A DNA stretch of 64,000 nt from Bigelowiella natans CCMP2755 (GCA_000320545.1 ADNK01003286.1:1-64000); one strand, 5' to 3'; shown: positions 41,291-55,731, numbered from the stretch's first letter. The notes: generated from the sequence alone by a model not told the origin. Numbers and translations: made by a program.

Positions 41291-41648
41291 CCAAACTAAC
41301 ATCGGACAGAATGTGTTACTCATAGATGAAATCAATGGCCCAATACCCATATGCGACAAGAGAAATGATGTATTTTTAATGGTTTTTGTGCTTTTGTAGC
41401 TGGATAAGTATACTATTTTCGACTTGGTAACACCTGGAAAGGGCAACGTGTGGCTCCTCCCACTTCACCACGGGTGAGTGGAAATAGTTCAGCACATCCA
41501 AAACACACACTCACGTACTCCACCTACAGCAATACAGTAATTATTTCTGGTGTTTGCCTTCAATTTTTTAAAGATTGATAAATTCTGGGTTTATAGTTAA
41601 GGTTTCTTTCTTCTTTTCAACTGCATAGCAGTTCCAAATCGCTTCTGA

Positions 41649-43363
41649 ATGGCCACAAGCAGAAGCAGAGCGGGCCTATTTATCGCGAAAAATCTCAAAA
41701 AACTTCGTCCTTCCACCTCCCTGGCTTATATCTCAACATTTCGTCGAAATCTCAAAGTCCATAAATCCAGGGCTTTGGAAAGCACACTCCTTCCTCCTCC
41801 TCTCGCGGCGACAGCAACGTCCTCTGGAACTACTACTGCAGCTGCAGCACTAAACACACACCAATCCTCCTTCTATTCAACAGGAAACTCTAAAGAGTTG
41901 CTCTCATATTCTTCAACAAATACCTACTGGAGTAGTCTAATAGGACTGGCTGGATTTTTTTTTGGAGGAGCGTACATTATGGGTTCCCAGTTGAGCAGTA
42001 GTAACGATGATGGGGGAAACTCCAAGGACCTGCGGCAGGTGGTCAATGATGCTCCTTATCAGTATTTTAAATTAAATGCTGCTCAAGAAATAGCGTTAGT
42101 TTGTCTTATCGATATCAATACGGTGGGGTTGGAGAAATTCACCCTTATTTTCTTATTACACACTGTAAAAAAGCACTCTCGCCGCTGCATAAATGTATCG
42201 TTCATTTTGCACACATGCACATTAGGCGGAGGAGGCAAAGAAGAATGATGAAGGATGTAAGTAAAGATAAGGGAAATGAAGTAAACTGCACGTGAGAATA
42301 ACGACATGTTCTGGTGTATTAGGCTTATTTGAAGGCAAAAAACCGTTGGTTATATGTGGGCCAAGGTGATCAATCACGAGACATTCGTTCGAGATTCGTT
42401 AAACATTCATTTATCTCGTTTAATTTAACAATGATTTGAATTTAAAATACTTGTTTGATTAGTGGTGTCGGAAAAGGGACTTTGCTCAAGATGTTATTTG
42501 ATGAATTTGAAGAACAATTCAGTTTCTGCATATCTCATACAACAAGGAAACCCAGAAAGGTGACCGTCTACTCAATACCACCATTTCTTAAATTTATCAC
42601 TCTTGAAGTAAATCGTCATAGAAACAATTTCGTAAGATTGATTCATTCAATAAGTTGAAGATTTTTAGTGATTGCCTGCATAGGAGGTATAATATGCCTT
42701 GCTAATTTTCCACACACAGGGCGAAGTACACGGAGTAAACTACTATTTCGTAGATAAGGAGGACATGGTTGCTGAAATCGAGCAAGGGTTGTTCGTTGAG
42801 CATGCTTCATTTGCTGGAAATTGCTATGGTACAAGCTATTGGGCTCTCTCAAATGTGGAGGAGAGCGGTAGTGACGTTCAGATTCAACGCATTCATTCAA
42901 ATCACCCAATCATTCTTTCCTAGTCACATAAACAAATGAATTATGTGTTGTTATTGATATCACTAGGGAAAGTCCCCGTGTTGGAAGTTGATATGCAGGG
43001 CGCAATCCAGCTAAATTCGAGGAAGGACATGAAGCCTATATTCTGTTTCATTAAACCTCCAAATTACGAGGCATTGGCTGATCGGTTGAGGAAGAGAGGC
43101 ACAGAGTCTCCAGAAAAAGTGGAAAAACGATTGAAACAGGCCAAGGTAATTTAAGTATTCCATTTGTATTTCGTGTTAAAAGTAGTGAACCAGAGGTGTT
43201 TTAAACAATTCAGGCTGAATTGGACTTTATTGATTCTCAAAAGTCGTCTTTCTTTCAAGTTGTCATGGTGAACGATGACCTCATAACTTCATTCAAGAAG
43301 CTGAAGAGCAGCATTAAAAGTTACTATCCCCATCTGCGGGAAGGTTCTAGAAAGAATGACTGA
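41649..43363 (+). CDS. GUK1: Guanylate kinase with N-terminal mitochondrial-type presequence and hydrophobic segment
   Basis: KPLVICGPS|GVGKGTL P-loop, SHTTRKPRK|[55 protein letters not shown]; GT-AG introns in phase. Confidence 0.93.
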
Positions 43364-43559
43364 GGACTGCGATCTACTACGCGTTTAAAACTTAACATCG
43401 TGATGCGAGCATTGGTGGAGCGAGTCCCGCGGGAAGAGCTAAGTTTAAAAGAAAGGGGGGTTTTACGCGCGACATAACGTTGGTCTTAACATAACATAGT
43501 GCGCGGTCTCGACAAGAACAGGACTAGATATGCTAATATACGGCGCAACAATGGCATTG

Positions 43560-44480
43560 AAATTATGCAACATATTATGTACAATGGATATGACAGCAGT
43601 GCCCACGAATGCAATGCATCCATGTGTCGCATCGTATGACTCAATGACAGTCAAAATCACCTGTATGAAAGCATGTCAGTAGGCTTTTGTTTCATGCTAT
43701 AATCCAGTAATCTAGTAATGCACACATCTATAGCACAGACATAGACATGTCTATGCGTGTGTACACGTAAATATATATGTACCGAACCCCAATTTCAGCG
43801 AAGTAATTGATGTACCACACCTGTGCTAAAACAATGCACACGCATAGAGACATCACATAGAACGGACATGTCTCTACATGTGGAACCAGGCATTACTTAT
43901 GCAACCTAGCAACCCACATACTAGCATAGCATGTCAGAATCCTTGTTGTGCAGCAATGCACGAGAAAAGGCCTTATACGTTGTGATGCGCTAATTATAAC
44001 GCTGGCAACTAATACAGCCAACTAATTCCAGCTTCCTGTCTAGCTGATGTGTGACAATAGCATACTCTAGTACTTCATCGTTTAGCTGTATGTTGTATAC
44101 GCATCGCACGTACAGCACGCACATAGTGCATGTGAAGCGCAAATGCCCGCCTATACCTTGAGTAAACATCTACTGCTATACTAATTATAATTGTATGAGG
44201 GACCAGCCACAAGCCGTGTACGTATCGAGCAAATGCCGCGTGTGATATACGATGTGTGGTGACACAGCGGTCGGTAGCTATTTGCATGGTGTGCCTTTTG
44301 AGACGAACCACAAGATATTTTACAAGTGCTGTTTGTTGTTTAGTTGAGTAACAGACAGTGTTTAGTTTTTTAAAAATCACAACAACATCATCAAGCGTAC
44401 TCTAGTGTCGTCGCGTTTTGCATAAGACTTAAACAGCAAAATGCCTCCTGCATGCGATCCAAAATTTGGAAAACAGTACT
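43560..44480. other. Partially TpA-converted island 6 (weak)
   Basis: Elevated catg/gcat/cacg/ctag, but many TA remain; lies between the GUK (+) and LRRC40-like (-) 3' ends. Confidence 0.5.
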
Positions 44481-44539
44481 GATGCATAAATGAATTTTGC
44501 TAGGGGCTCCACATACTCATCACCGAAGCATGATAAATC

Positions 44540-47007
44540 TCAATAATTGCCCTCCTGTTCTTCCAACTTCAACTTTCTTTCCAACCGGATGAGAGACGCT
44601 CGTTTAAGAGCTAACTTTTTCTTCAGAGCATATTGCTGCGCTCCAGAAAGCGAGAAATCCTCATTTAGTTTTTGTGTGAGAGTTTCAATCTCACTTCTTA
44701 ATGTTCCAGCTTTATCTAAACCTGCTGCCTTCCCTGATCCAACGTTTCTCACACCCTGTGTAGTATTTCTTTTCTTCTCTTGCAGTAAGGGAGAATCAAG
44801 TGGGATCTTATTTTTGATAAAGTCTATGATTGCAGTCGTCCCTTTCTGAATGACGCTGTACTTGAGCATGCGAAATTGATTCCCGCTCACTAGAAGAGAT
44901 TTGAGGTTCTTGCAAACTCCCAGCTCAAGCGGTATCCTTCTTAGGTTGTTATTTTCAATATTCAGATTTTGCAAACGAGGTAGTTCACATAATCCATCAT
45001 CGATGATCTCGAGCTTATTATTGCTTAGATCAAGCGTTTCCAACTCAGCCATCAATCCATCTTGCGCAAGATTCGGCAAACGACGAATCTCATTCATTCC
45101 GAGAAGGCAGGTGCGTAGCTGAGTGTGTCACCATTGTGAAAGAATGTCTCAGGGACCATCATTATCATAATCATTATTATTACCATAAGCATTGCTATCA
45201 TCATCAATCACTCACACCAGTGTATTACAACAGACACCAGTCGATTTGATGAGGTGGAAGCGAAATACCACATCATCATCATCATTATTATCATCATCAT
45301 CATAACATCTTATGTTATTCACCAGAATGAGTTAACCTATTTACCTTGGAGAGCTTCTGAATTCCATTTGGAAATGTTTGCAAAGAGTTATTGCGCATAT
45401 CTAGGTAAACTAGTCCCACGAACGACGGATGTGATGGAAATACAGAAATATGATTCTTCCTGAGATTTAGTTCTGCCAGGTCACGGAGCTTGTCCACTGC
45501 AGGAGGCACACATCTAAATTTGTTCTGCTCTAACGACAACGCGTGTAGAGTATCGAAACATGGGAAATAGAAGAAATCCTTTGGAAGTTCAGAGAAGTTA
45601 TTCTGAGACAAATCCAGCGTTTTGACGTTGGTGAGTTTCTGGAGGTCTTGATAGGAACATGGTATCTGCGACAACTTTTGTCCTTTAAAAGACAAAGCAC
45701 CAGATGCTTGCCCATCTCGGAGCGTGTGGCGCATTTTGTCAGATTTTTCTTCACGTTCGAAATTGTCCTCGTAAGCACCATCTACTACTATCCCTTTTGA
45801 TGACGTCGTAGTAATTCTTGTGCGTAAGTACTTCTTAACAGTCTCTGTTGGTGCAGAGAGAAGCGACTTCTTAAAAGCGCGTAAAGGATTCCCATTGAGG
45901 TTCAAGATGTTCAGACTATCTATCAGACCGATCTCTCCTGGAATTCTAGAAAGGTTATTATTGGAAACGTTCAAAACTTTCAACCCAAGCGAGGCCAATC
46001 TCGGTGACAGAGTAGAAAGCATATTGTCAGAAACGTTCAGAACGATAAGAGACTTAACATCCTCAATTCCATCAACATTCTTTAAGCGATTGTTGCTAAG
46101 CTGCAATTCAGTCACCGTGCTTGGAAGCTTGGGAATATGGGTTAAGTTGTTCTGATGAACGTCTAACTGACATATTCTCGTTTGTGAAAGATCAGGAATG
46201 TCCTCGAGCTTATTGCAAGCCAATTCAAGAGTAGACAACTGTGTCAGTCTGGAAATACCCGGAGGTATTTGACGCAAAGCATTATTGGATAATTTAAATG
46301 TTCCGATATTCGCCAGCAACTCGATCTCCTTCGGCAGGTATCTGAGTTTATTGTACGATAAATCCAGTATCTTGAGAGTGCCCCCTAGATCACAAATCGA
46401 ATCCGGGAGGCTTGTGAGTGCATTGTGCTGAAGCCATAACTCCACAATACTGGAATCTGGACGACGAAAGACTTTCTCGGATATTTCCGTGAGTCGGTTA
46501 TGATCTAATCTGAGACATTTAAGGCACTCTAGATTCCCCAACTCCGCTGGGACTTGTTTAATCTCGTTATAGCTCAGTGTCACCCTTTTTAAATCTCCAA
46601 GATTACCAATTTCCCTTGGAACAGAGGTCAGGCAGTTGTTTGAAAAATCCACAGCTGTTAGCTCCACACACTCCCACCATTTTTCTTCAGACTCTAGATT
46701 TTGTTGCTCGCTTAGTCCGAACACCGCCTTTGGGATTTCAACCAATTTCTTTCCTTTTCAATTACAAAAAAAGAACAAAAAAGGAAAGTGGTGTTAGGAA
46801 TACATCTTACTGCTTTACCAGTATTCTCGAACATATACCCGTGAGTTTAAGAATGCCTGTCTTCCTTGCATCTTTGAAAAGCTTGTCCATGCTCTTTTCT
46901 GCAGCGAAGAGACCACCTCCTCCTCCGAATGCGGGATTTATTCGTCTTTGCCCTCCCATTCTTGATCGAGCAGAAACTATCCCCCGATGAGGACGACGAC
47001 GATCCAT
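44540..47007 (-). CDS. LRRC40: Leucine-rich repeat protein, LRRC40-like (3 exons)
   Basis: KDARKTGILKLTG, then EEKWWECVELTAVDFSNN (LRRC40-type WWE), ~20 LRRs, LNGNPLR..KKYLRTRI, and C-terminal VSGNQFRMLK..KGTTAIIDFIKNKIP. Confidence 0.8.
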
Positions 47008-47264
47008 GTTTTCTAATTGGCAGGTGCGTATGCTGCTTGCTAACGAAGCTCACACTACTTAGGAGAGGGGCGGATGACGGCACAGTAGTGCTGATCAGTA
47101 ACAAAATGTTAAAAACAATAAAATGTCGGATATTATTCGTAATAATAACAGCAACAAGCAAACAACAATAACAACAATAACAACAACAACAACAACAACA
47201 ATCGACGTTCCACCACCACGTCGTCAAATCATCACTGGAGGGGGGAGGAGGTACCACTCCCTCG

Positions 47265-48463
47265 ATGGTAAGGATTATGATGATGAGCAAGATGTGGGCA
47301 TCATTGCCATCAACATCACCTGCTGTCGGACGTTGGAAACGCTCATCGGTTAAACAGACAATCGCTGGCCGCTTTCTACTCTACTTTACATTTGTCATCA
47401 TTCTTCTTCTCGTTGGCATTATGTACGGGGAGAGCATAAACCGGGAAAACAATAATGCGTTTCTCAGACATTCGACAACCTTACTACCATCTAGCCCATT
47501 ATCGGTGATAGGGAGAACGTATTCTTCTCAGTCGCATACGAATTTGAAATCGTCAAGGTTCTGCAGCATTGGAAGAAGATTAAATGTAGAAGAGAGGAAG
47601 AAGAAGAAGCAGAGTGGCCTTCTTCCATCCACAACAATGATAACAGCAACTGGGATACGACCGTCGTCATCATTATTTCCAAGACTTGTTGCAGGATCTG
47701 CATCACCATCATCCTTATCCACTGCTGCTGCTGCTGCTGCCGGTGTATCTGCTTCTTCTTCTTCACAAGGATGGACAAGTGATAGGATTCTGGTGCTGAA
47801 TATGGATGGGGTATCCAAATAAATGCTCGTCTTACTGCAACTGCATTTATTTTCTCTTCAGTAAATGCTATAGAAGTTGCATTTTCAATTGTTATAACAT
47901 TCGTTTTCTCTTCTTTCTTCTTCTCCTTCTTCTTCTCCTTTTTCTTCTTCTCCTTCGTCTTCTTTGTCCCCTCATAATCTTCTTCTTTATTCACGTAAAG
48001 GTTATTGCAAACTGTGAAAGACAAATTCTTACAGGTGATGCATGATGGTCATTCTCCGTTACACTATTTTTTTCTAATACATCTAGTATCAATTAGTAGT
48101 AAATACTAGGCTGTTACTACCACAGAATAGGCGCATCTCACTCACCCCATTGCGAGCACATAAATGGGTTTTGAATTTCAAGAGATAATATCTCATTTAA
48201 TATAGTAGTAACTGACACGGACTTCATAACTACCAGAAGCATACCCATTACTACTCGTAGCTATTAGCTTCCCTTCACGATAAGGGTTGCTCCTCTATTC
48301 TTTCTTCTTGACTTGATGTTTATCCTACTACTACTAATACTGCTGCTACTGCTACTACAACTAACTGCTACAATATGACATCGTCGTTCTTACAGGAGCT
48401 TATAAGACTGCAAAAGAGCTTTGGCCTGATATAATCCAACAGGCAGAGGGTAGTAAGTAGTGC

Positions 48464-48504
<41 letters not shown>

Positions 48505-48614
48505 ATGATTGAGTGAGACTGTATGAAAAGATGCACTATGATTATTATTTCACACAACACATTCTTTCCCAACAACAACAACAACAATCCTGGAAGAATG
48601 ATTGGTCCTCCATA

Positions 48615-48655
<41 letters not shown>

Positions 48656-48813
48656 CACCCCCCGGGAATCCCATTCTCTTGTTCTTATTCTTCTTCCTCG
48701 CGGTGGTTATGGTGGTGCGCCATTGATAGACATGAGCGCTAAAGATGGTGGAACAAGGCGAAAATGGATTGAAGAAGCAGGGGTTTGTTCTTCATCATGT
48801 TTTATCAGTATTG

Positions 48814-48847
<34 letters not shown>

Positions 48848-48975
48848 ATTGCACACCATCTATTGCATGTTAAAGACTCAAAGTGAAGCAAAACAATCCT
48901 ACTATACACGACAACACGAAATCAGAAGACCAAAACTCATATTTACTTCACATTATCTACGAAACTGATACACAT

Positions 48976-49047
<72 letters not shown>

Positions 49048-49609
49048 AACCCCCCTTGCTGCTACTACTCATATCATCATCATCATCATTGTCATCATCA
49101 TCAGCTTTCTGAGAATATAATCGAAGAGCCCTCTTCTTCTTCTTCTTCCGTCTCGAAATCAATGCCGCTATGGTTATTTGCCAAGTTGAGGCAGGTATCT
49201 ACTACCTGCAAGCGACACGCTAGCAATTAGCTTTGATGATGACGATTAAGAAATACCGCTGATGATTTTGTAAGCATTATTGTTTTAATGAATGCAAATG
49301 GATTTGAGAAGTAGAAGTATACTCGTGAAATCCTACATGCATTCAGATAATTAAGTAATGTCCATAGTAGTCTTAAAAAGGTGGCGACTTTGTAATAGTA
49401 GCAATGTTCCTTGATTTCTTCTTCTTCCTTTTACTACTATCTTCTCTCTCTATCATCTGTTAATGTTTGAAGATACGAGCAAGCATGACAAGTGAGGTGG
49501 ATGCTGTGGTTTTGGTGAGACTTTTGGTTGAAGAGGCCATCGTGTCTATCAAAGATCGGTAGTATCATCAGTAGCTAATATTACAACCTACTTCCTTCCT
49601 GTTATTACC

Positions 49610-49642
<33 letters not shown>

Positions 49643-49983
49643 CATTCATTTTTAAAACTAAATTACTATATCAGCGTAACTTGCAGTTAAAATAATTATA
49701 ATAATAATAATAATAAGTATGATGATGATAATAATGATAATCACCATCATCATTCATGGTACCATCGTCATAAGATAATAATATAAAGAACAAATTATAC
49801 GATGATAAGTGAGCTGCGAGGAGGAAGCGGTGGCGGATATCGGCCTCTTACCGCAGGTGATGAGGATGATGGTGAAGAAGATGATGATGATGTGCGCTGT
49901 ACAATTAAGCTGCTTGCCATTTATTGATAATACATTGATGATAAAATTTTAACATCGTGAATTCTCTAGTAGTTTCTACTGGG

Positions 49984-50058
<75 letters not shown>

Positions 50059-50516
50059 AGACGAACATCGCATGAAATAATGTTGTTATCATCATGTTGG
50101 TTGGTACATGCAATTAGGAGAGGCCAACGAAAACTTAGATAAGGACCGGTTAAAAATCTTGCAAGATAGATATAAGGTATTGAGATTGTCGAACGAGAGA
50201 AGCTTGTAATCGTGGTGCTTGAGTACATAATAACATGAGAGAAAGAATTGCCAACGAATAGTCTTTCACGCCTTTGATTATCCAAATTAGGCAAGCCCCG
50301 TCACTATACAGGAGACATATGCAAGAATCATGGTAAACAAGCATCTCAACTATTAGTGATTGATGACGATGCAGTGTGTACAAATAAGTACGATATACAT
50401 CTATCATAGAGAAATTTGATAAATGAGACACAAAATCCAATTAAAACCATCAATCATTGAATTTGAGAGATATTGAGAATAAGTCGACTCACCATCCAAA
50501 GCTTCCATTCTTTACA

Positions 50517-50549
<33 letters not shown>

Positions 50550-50854
50550 TGTGGCGCTTTTCTTCGTCATCGTCGTTATCTCTTCTTCTTCTTCTTCTTC
50601 TTCTTCTTCTTCTTCTTCCTCCTTTCTTCTTTTGTCCTCCTCCTGTGTACGCATGGTATTCCCATGGTGCCTCACGATTTGCTTGCATGCATGTTTTCCC
50701 TCCTTCTTATTGATTCGGCAATACGATAGGATAAGTGGAAGGAAGAAGATCTAAATGGTTTCATCGATCAAACGGTGCCATACCCTCACGTAACCGACAG
50801 TTTCAGGTTGTTGTTGTCTTAATCAACCTTTATTATATTTGAGTATTTTTACCA

Positions 50855-50893
<39 letters not shown>

Positions 50894-50932
50894 CATCATA
50901 TCTAATTTCAAGTATCTATACTGTGTGTTTTA

Positions 50933-50969
<37 letters not shown>

Positions 50970-51113
50970 AAAAAGGGCCAAACTTTCCGGAGAAGAGAAG
51001 TCGAACGCTGCAAAAGTGAAACGACGAACAGAAGGGGGGGGGGGGGGAGAGAATGTAGGGCAAATGAACAGTCAATAACGTCGTATCCATCAAGTCTATC
51101 CTTCACCTCCCAA

Positions 51114-51152
<39 letters not shown>

Positions 51153-51842
51153 CCTCTCCCCCTCCAACAGGTATATATTGTAAGTGAAATGAGGACGGAA
51201 GATATTGTGCCGATACTCTCACATCTGAGAATTAACGTAAGTAATAGTCCTCATTCATGATCACATAATAATAATAACAATAATAATAAGAACTTGCTCC
51301 GCGATTTATCTCCTACTGCTGCAATTATTGTGTTGTAACATCGTATCTTAGGTTCCATATGAAAGAGTTCTAGGTTGGGCAATAACTACATGTTGTGACG
51401 ATATCATACATTAGTATTCTCTCTCGTATCATATCTCCTTTTACACTGAGGTTATGCTGTTTTTCAGGAAGAGACCTCGACGATATATTCCGCATTGATA
51501 TGAGAACAGATTTAGATGCTATTCAAAATCAAAACATTGTACGTCATAAACTTATCTATTCAAATCATATGGGATGTTTGCATTGAAGACAAAATATCAA
51601 CGTACGAGCGAGCGACTACATCTTGCATCAAAAGCGGACTTGTTGTTTCAACCTGATGATCACATCTCTCTTTATTAATATGACGATCTCTCTGATATAC
51701 GATTTTGTTCAAATCTCTTACAAAATATGCTCTGGTTGTATCGCTTTGGTGCTCTCCTTGCGTTGATATATTACTCTGATATTGTGATATTGTGATAGGG
51801 TTCAGAGCTTGTTTACATCGATTCTAATGTTGTACTTACACA

Positions 51843-51877
<35 letters not shown>

Positions 51878-51878
51878 G

Positions 51879-51919
<41 letters not shown>

Positions 51920-52634
51920 TAATTCTTGTGAAATACTAACCGTGAAATGGCGCAACTTAGTGTCACTGACACTTCTTCTATGTACATTTAGGTGGAGAGG
52001 CTAGTTGAGTATGCAGAAGATACGAGTCTTAGCCAGGTGCTTTTCATTTATGAACCATCATTATTATTATTATCACAAATCACCTTTAAATTCTATAACA
52101 ATCATCAAAAAATTGGTTATCATAACCATCAATGGAGCTAGTATTTCAAGCCCTTTTATCTATATCAGTTATTGCTTTGCTTTGCTACTTGGGGCCCTTC
52201 AACACCTTCAATGAGATCTAAGGTACATGATGATATTGGTAAGCTCAGATGTCATCCTCATTTGTTATGTAATATTGAGAGATTTAAGAGTGTGCCTATT
52301 ATCTTTTATCAATCTCAAGACAAAGATTAGAATAATAATCTTTGAATATCATTCATTTTACAATTCAGACGAATTATCTCAGTGTTCGTATACCTTGATT
52401 TATATGCATATATACACATACACATATACTTTTGTTTCTATGAAACGTTTTATTCAACTACACATTTGCCAATCATTGTGTGACCTGCCCATCCAACATC
52501 CATTGCTCAACTCACAGGTCTATCAAGTACCGCAAATAAACGTCCTTGAGTCGGCATTCTTGCCATCGTTCCTTGATGGCGACCCTTTTCCTAGTTTGCC
52601 AGCCAAACCGTCAGAAATAATATACAACAGTTGA
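47265..52634 (+). CDS. HAD-like protein of the plant/algal At2g45990-type family with signal + Ser/Arg-rich transit-like presequence
   Basis: Exons give ILVLNMDG|VIANCE..|GAYKTAKELWPD..|WLFAKLRQ|IRASM..VVLVRLLVEE..|RPLTAG..|DKWKEEDLNGFIDQTVPYPH|VYIVSE..|LVYIDSN|VERL..|LCFATWGPST..|QVPQINVLE, colinear with my recollection of that family. Hydrophobic FLLYFTFVIILLLVGIMYG near the N-terminus. Confidence 0.75.
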
Positions 52635-52879
52635 AGAATACTTCAATGGTTACTCATCGCACACATGTGTATGGATATATAACCAATTCATGACCTTCAT
52701 CCAAAAACAATTTGTTGCTTTTTGATCGTACATGTTTAATTAGTTATTTTGGTATTGCAACTTATACACGTTCACAACTTACTAGCTTATCGTAGCATGA
52801 TCGAATGGGTTATTGCTGCTCATTCTTTGCGCTGTGATGTGCCCATATATGCTCTAGTGATAATTTTCATCTTATATAC

Positions 52880-53235
52880 CGCATACATGCATGCTACATG
52901 TACAGCTATATGTGTATCTAGACATGTAGCTGTTACGTGTGTGTGATAAAGTAAGAAAGACATAGTTAAATTTAATTGTGCTAAAGTGTACACATATATG
53001 CACACGATCTGCGATGCACGCGTGTGTGTGCGCGTATGCATATGCCCTGTCGTATATGTGGTGACACGCTACCAGGCTAGCTAGCACGCGCGCGTGCATG
53101 TGAGTGTATGTATGTGTTTATAAGTGTAGCGTATGCTGCACACCGACGATACGTACAATATATCTGGAGACTGATAGTACTTTGTTCAAATGCTCAAAAG
53201 TCTTAGACAACGCATTGAATAATAACACATGCATT
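52880..53235. other. Short, partially converted island 7
   Basis: gcacgcgtgtgtgtgcgcgtatgca and gctagctagcacgcgcgcgtgcatg; lies between the HAD-like (+) and JmjC (-) 3' ends. Confidence 0.5.
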
Positions 53236-53241
53236 TTGCTG

Positions 53242-54561
53242 CTAAATCAAGTCGTCGTCGTATGTATCACGTGAGTTGGTCGCTAAGTCGCTTGCAGTAG
53301 ATGCAATGACATCCAGGTCCATACCCCACTCAACTGCGATTGAAATAGAATCTTCCAGATTCTCCACACCATGTGCCCATAGCTTTGGTACAAAAAGCAA
53401 ATCACCAGCTCTCTGAATGCACTCTTGCATGCCCTTTGCTTTTAGCACGGTGTCTTCTTTGGCTGCTGCTGCTGCTGCTGCATGCCGCTTCTTCCAGGCT
53501 TTAATTCTTAATTTGCTGAAGATGCGCTGAGAGGGTGGGAGGAGTGTCCATCTCTTCTCACCATACACAAGGAGGCTAAATGCATAGTTGTGAAAATGCA
53601 ATGGGGCACCGCTTCCCATAGGACCGAGGAAGAATTGTGAAGTACGTTTGTACGTCTTTGCAAAGATTTGCGACGCAAATTCTGGAAATGAGAAGAGCAT
53701 AGTCCCATTATGAGTTGTCGCAAGCTTAGCAGTTAGTCGGTCATCCTCGTTGTATTCAGCTACAACAAAATAAGGAGGGCCTTCGTCATCATCCTCAAAA
53801 TCATCATTGTGCTCCTCTTCCACCGGTATTGAATGCCCATCATCATGATCATCTTTCATCGTCATGTACCGATACACGTACTCTCTCAGACTCATTTCTT
53901 TAGATTTGAGGCCAAATCTCTTGGAATATGGTATGCTTCCAACATGTGCCTTTATTTTGCCAAATTGCTTCACGAGGTTCGGTTTGGTCCATAGCTGTCG
54001 CAAAGCTAGAATGTTGTTTGCTTTTCTCCCTCCTCTGTGGTTGATTGTCGCAGTCGTTGGCCTGATCAACACCGGCTGTGATGTGTACAAATACTCCCTC
54101 ACAAAAACTTCGGGAGTCATGTCTATATCTAACACGATTGGAATGCTGCATTGGTGCTGCTGTTGTTGTTGTTGTTGATAATGATGATCATTAGGCTGTT
54201 GTTGTTGTTGTTGATGATGATGATCATTAGCTACTGCTGCTGCTGCTGTTTCAATACTGCTGCTGCTTTTGGAGGTAGTTGTATTATTTCCCTGATCCTC
54301 GTCATCGTTGTTTCTGTACTCACTACCATCCTTTGCCTCCTCCTCCTCCTCCTTGTCAATATCACCACCATCCCAAGATGATGGAAACAGTGGTGGCAAT
54401 GAAGTTTGTTGTCTCATTCTCTTCTGCAGCAGCCCATCAACGGAGTTTTTACTAAATATTACACCATGATGGGGGTCCTCTTCCTCCTCCTCCTGAATCA
54501 ATTGAAACATCGTTGTTATTAAAACGAATTCAGTCAATTGTGTTGATTGATACTTTTATAA

Positions 54562-54597
<36 letters not shown>

Positions 54598-54829
54598 ATA
54601 GTTAGGTATGTGAATGAAGTACTACCATTTTCGACATATCTTTTCCTTCCTCTCCTTCCTCCTCTTGAAAAGTAGTTGTAGTTGTAGTAGTAGTAGTAGT
54701 AGAGTGTTGTGCATCATCGTCTTTTTCTTCTTCCAGGGTACAACCACTACTATTATAACAACCGTGATAGAGCATCAGGGCACAACCACTACTGTTATAA
54801 CAACCGTGATAGAGCATCATCACCACCAC

Positions 54830-54862
<33 letters not shown>

Positions 54863-54966
54863 TTTCTAGATTTTGTTCTTTTCCTTCACTTGTTGTGCTA
54901 ACAGCAGCAAAGACAATAATTATATTAGTGTGTAGTTGCTTTTTCAAATTTGGTAGTGGTGGTAGT

Positions 54967-54999
<33 letters not shown>

Positions 55000-55156
55000 A
55001 GGTTGTAGTGGTAATAACGAAAAGCATTTGTATGATATGATGGCCAAGATCATGCATATGACTAATTGTGTATTACTACTTAACGATGATGATGACAAAG
55101 ATGATTATGATAATGGTTTCATAATGAAGATGCTGATTGTAGATAGTAGTATTTAT

Positions 55157-55191
<35 letters not shown>

Positions 55192-55665
55192 CATCAGAAG
55201 AGAACCACGCACACACATACACACATTACTTACATTTGACAATCACTAATAGTACTGCCAAAAATGCCCTCCTTCCCTGATGCATTGAAGCTGCTTCTTC
55301 CATGGAGAGAAAGGAATCTTAAAATCATGGGATCATGCATAGCAGAGAGAGAGGGCAGCCTTCCTAGCAGATTCACGCTGCTGCTTAACTCAGGATTTGC
55401 GCCGAAATCAACGACAAGCGTACGCATGGCCCAGGGAATACCTTCAGTGAGTGCAAACATGAAGCTGCTGTATCCCATTGAATCAGGAGAGTTTATCATC
55501 TTTAAGACTTTGCTATTCCGCAGCAGAGCCTTTAACACTACCGTAGGCCCAGCACAACAAGAACAAGAAACACAAGGAGAGAAAGAGGAAGATGAAAATA
55601 TGTAACATAGTACATCCTGCCGCTGCTTACGAAGAGAAGAGAAGCTGACGTCTATACAGCTGCTG

Positions 55666-55708
<43 letters not shown>

Positions 55709-55731
55709 ACGCACTTCGCACAGCACTGTTG

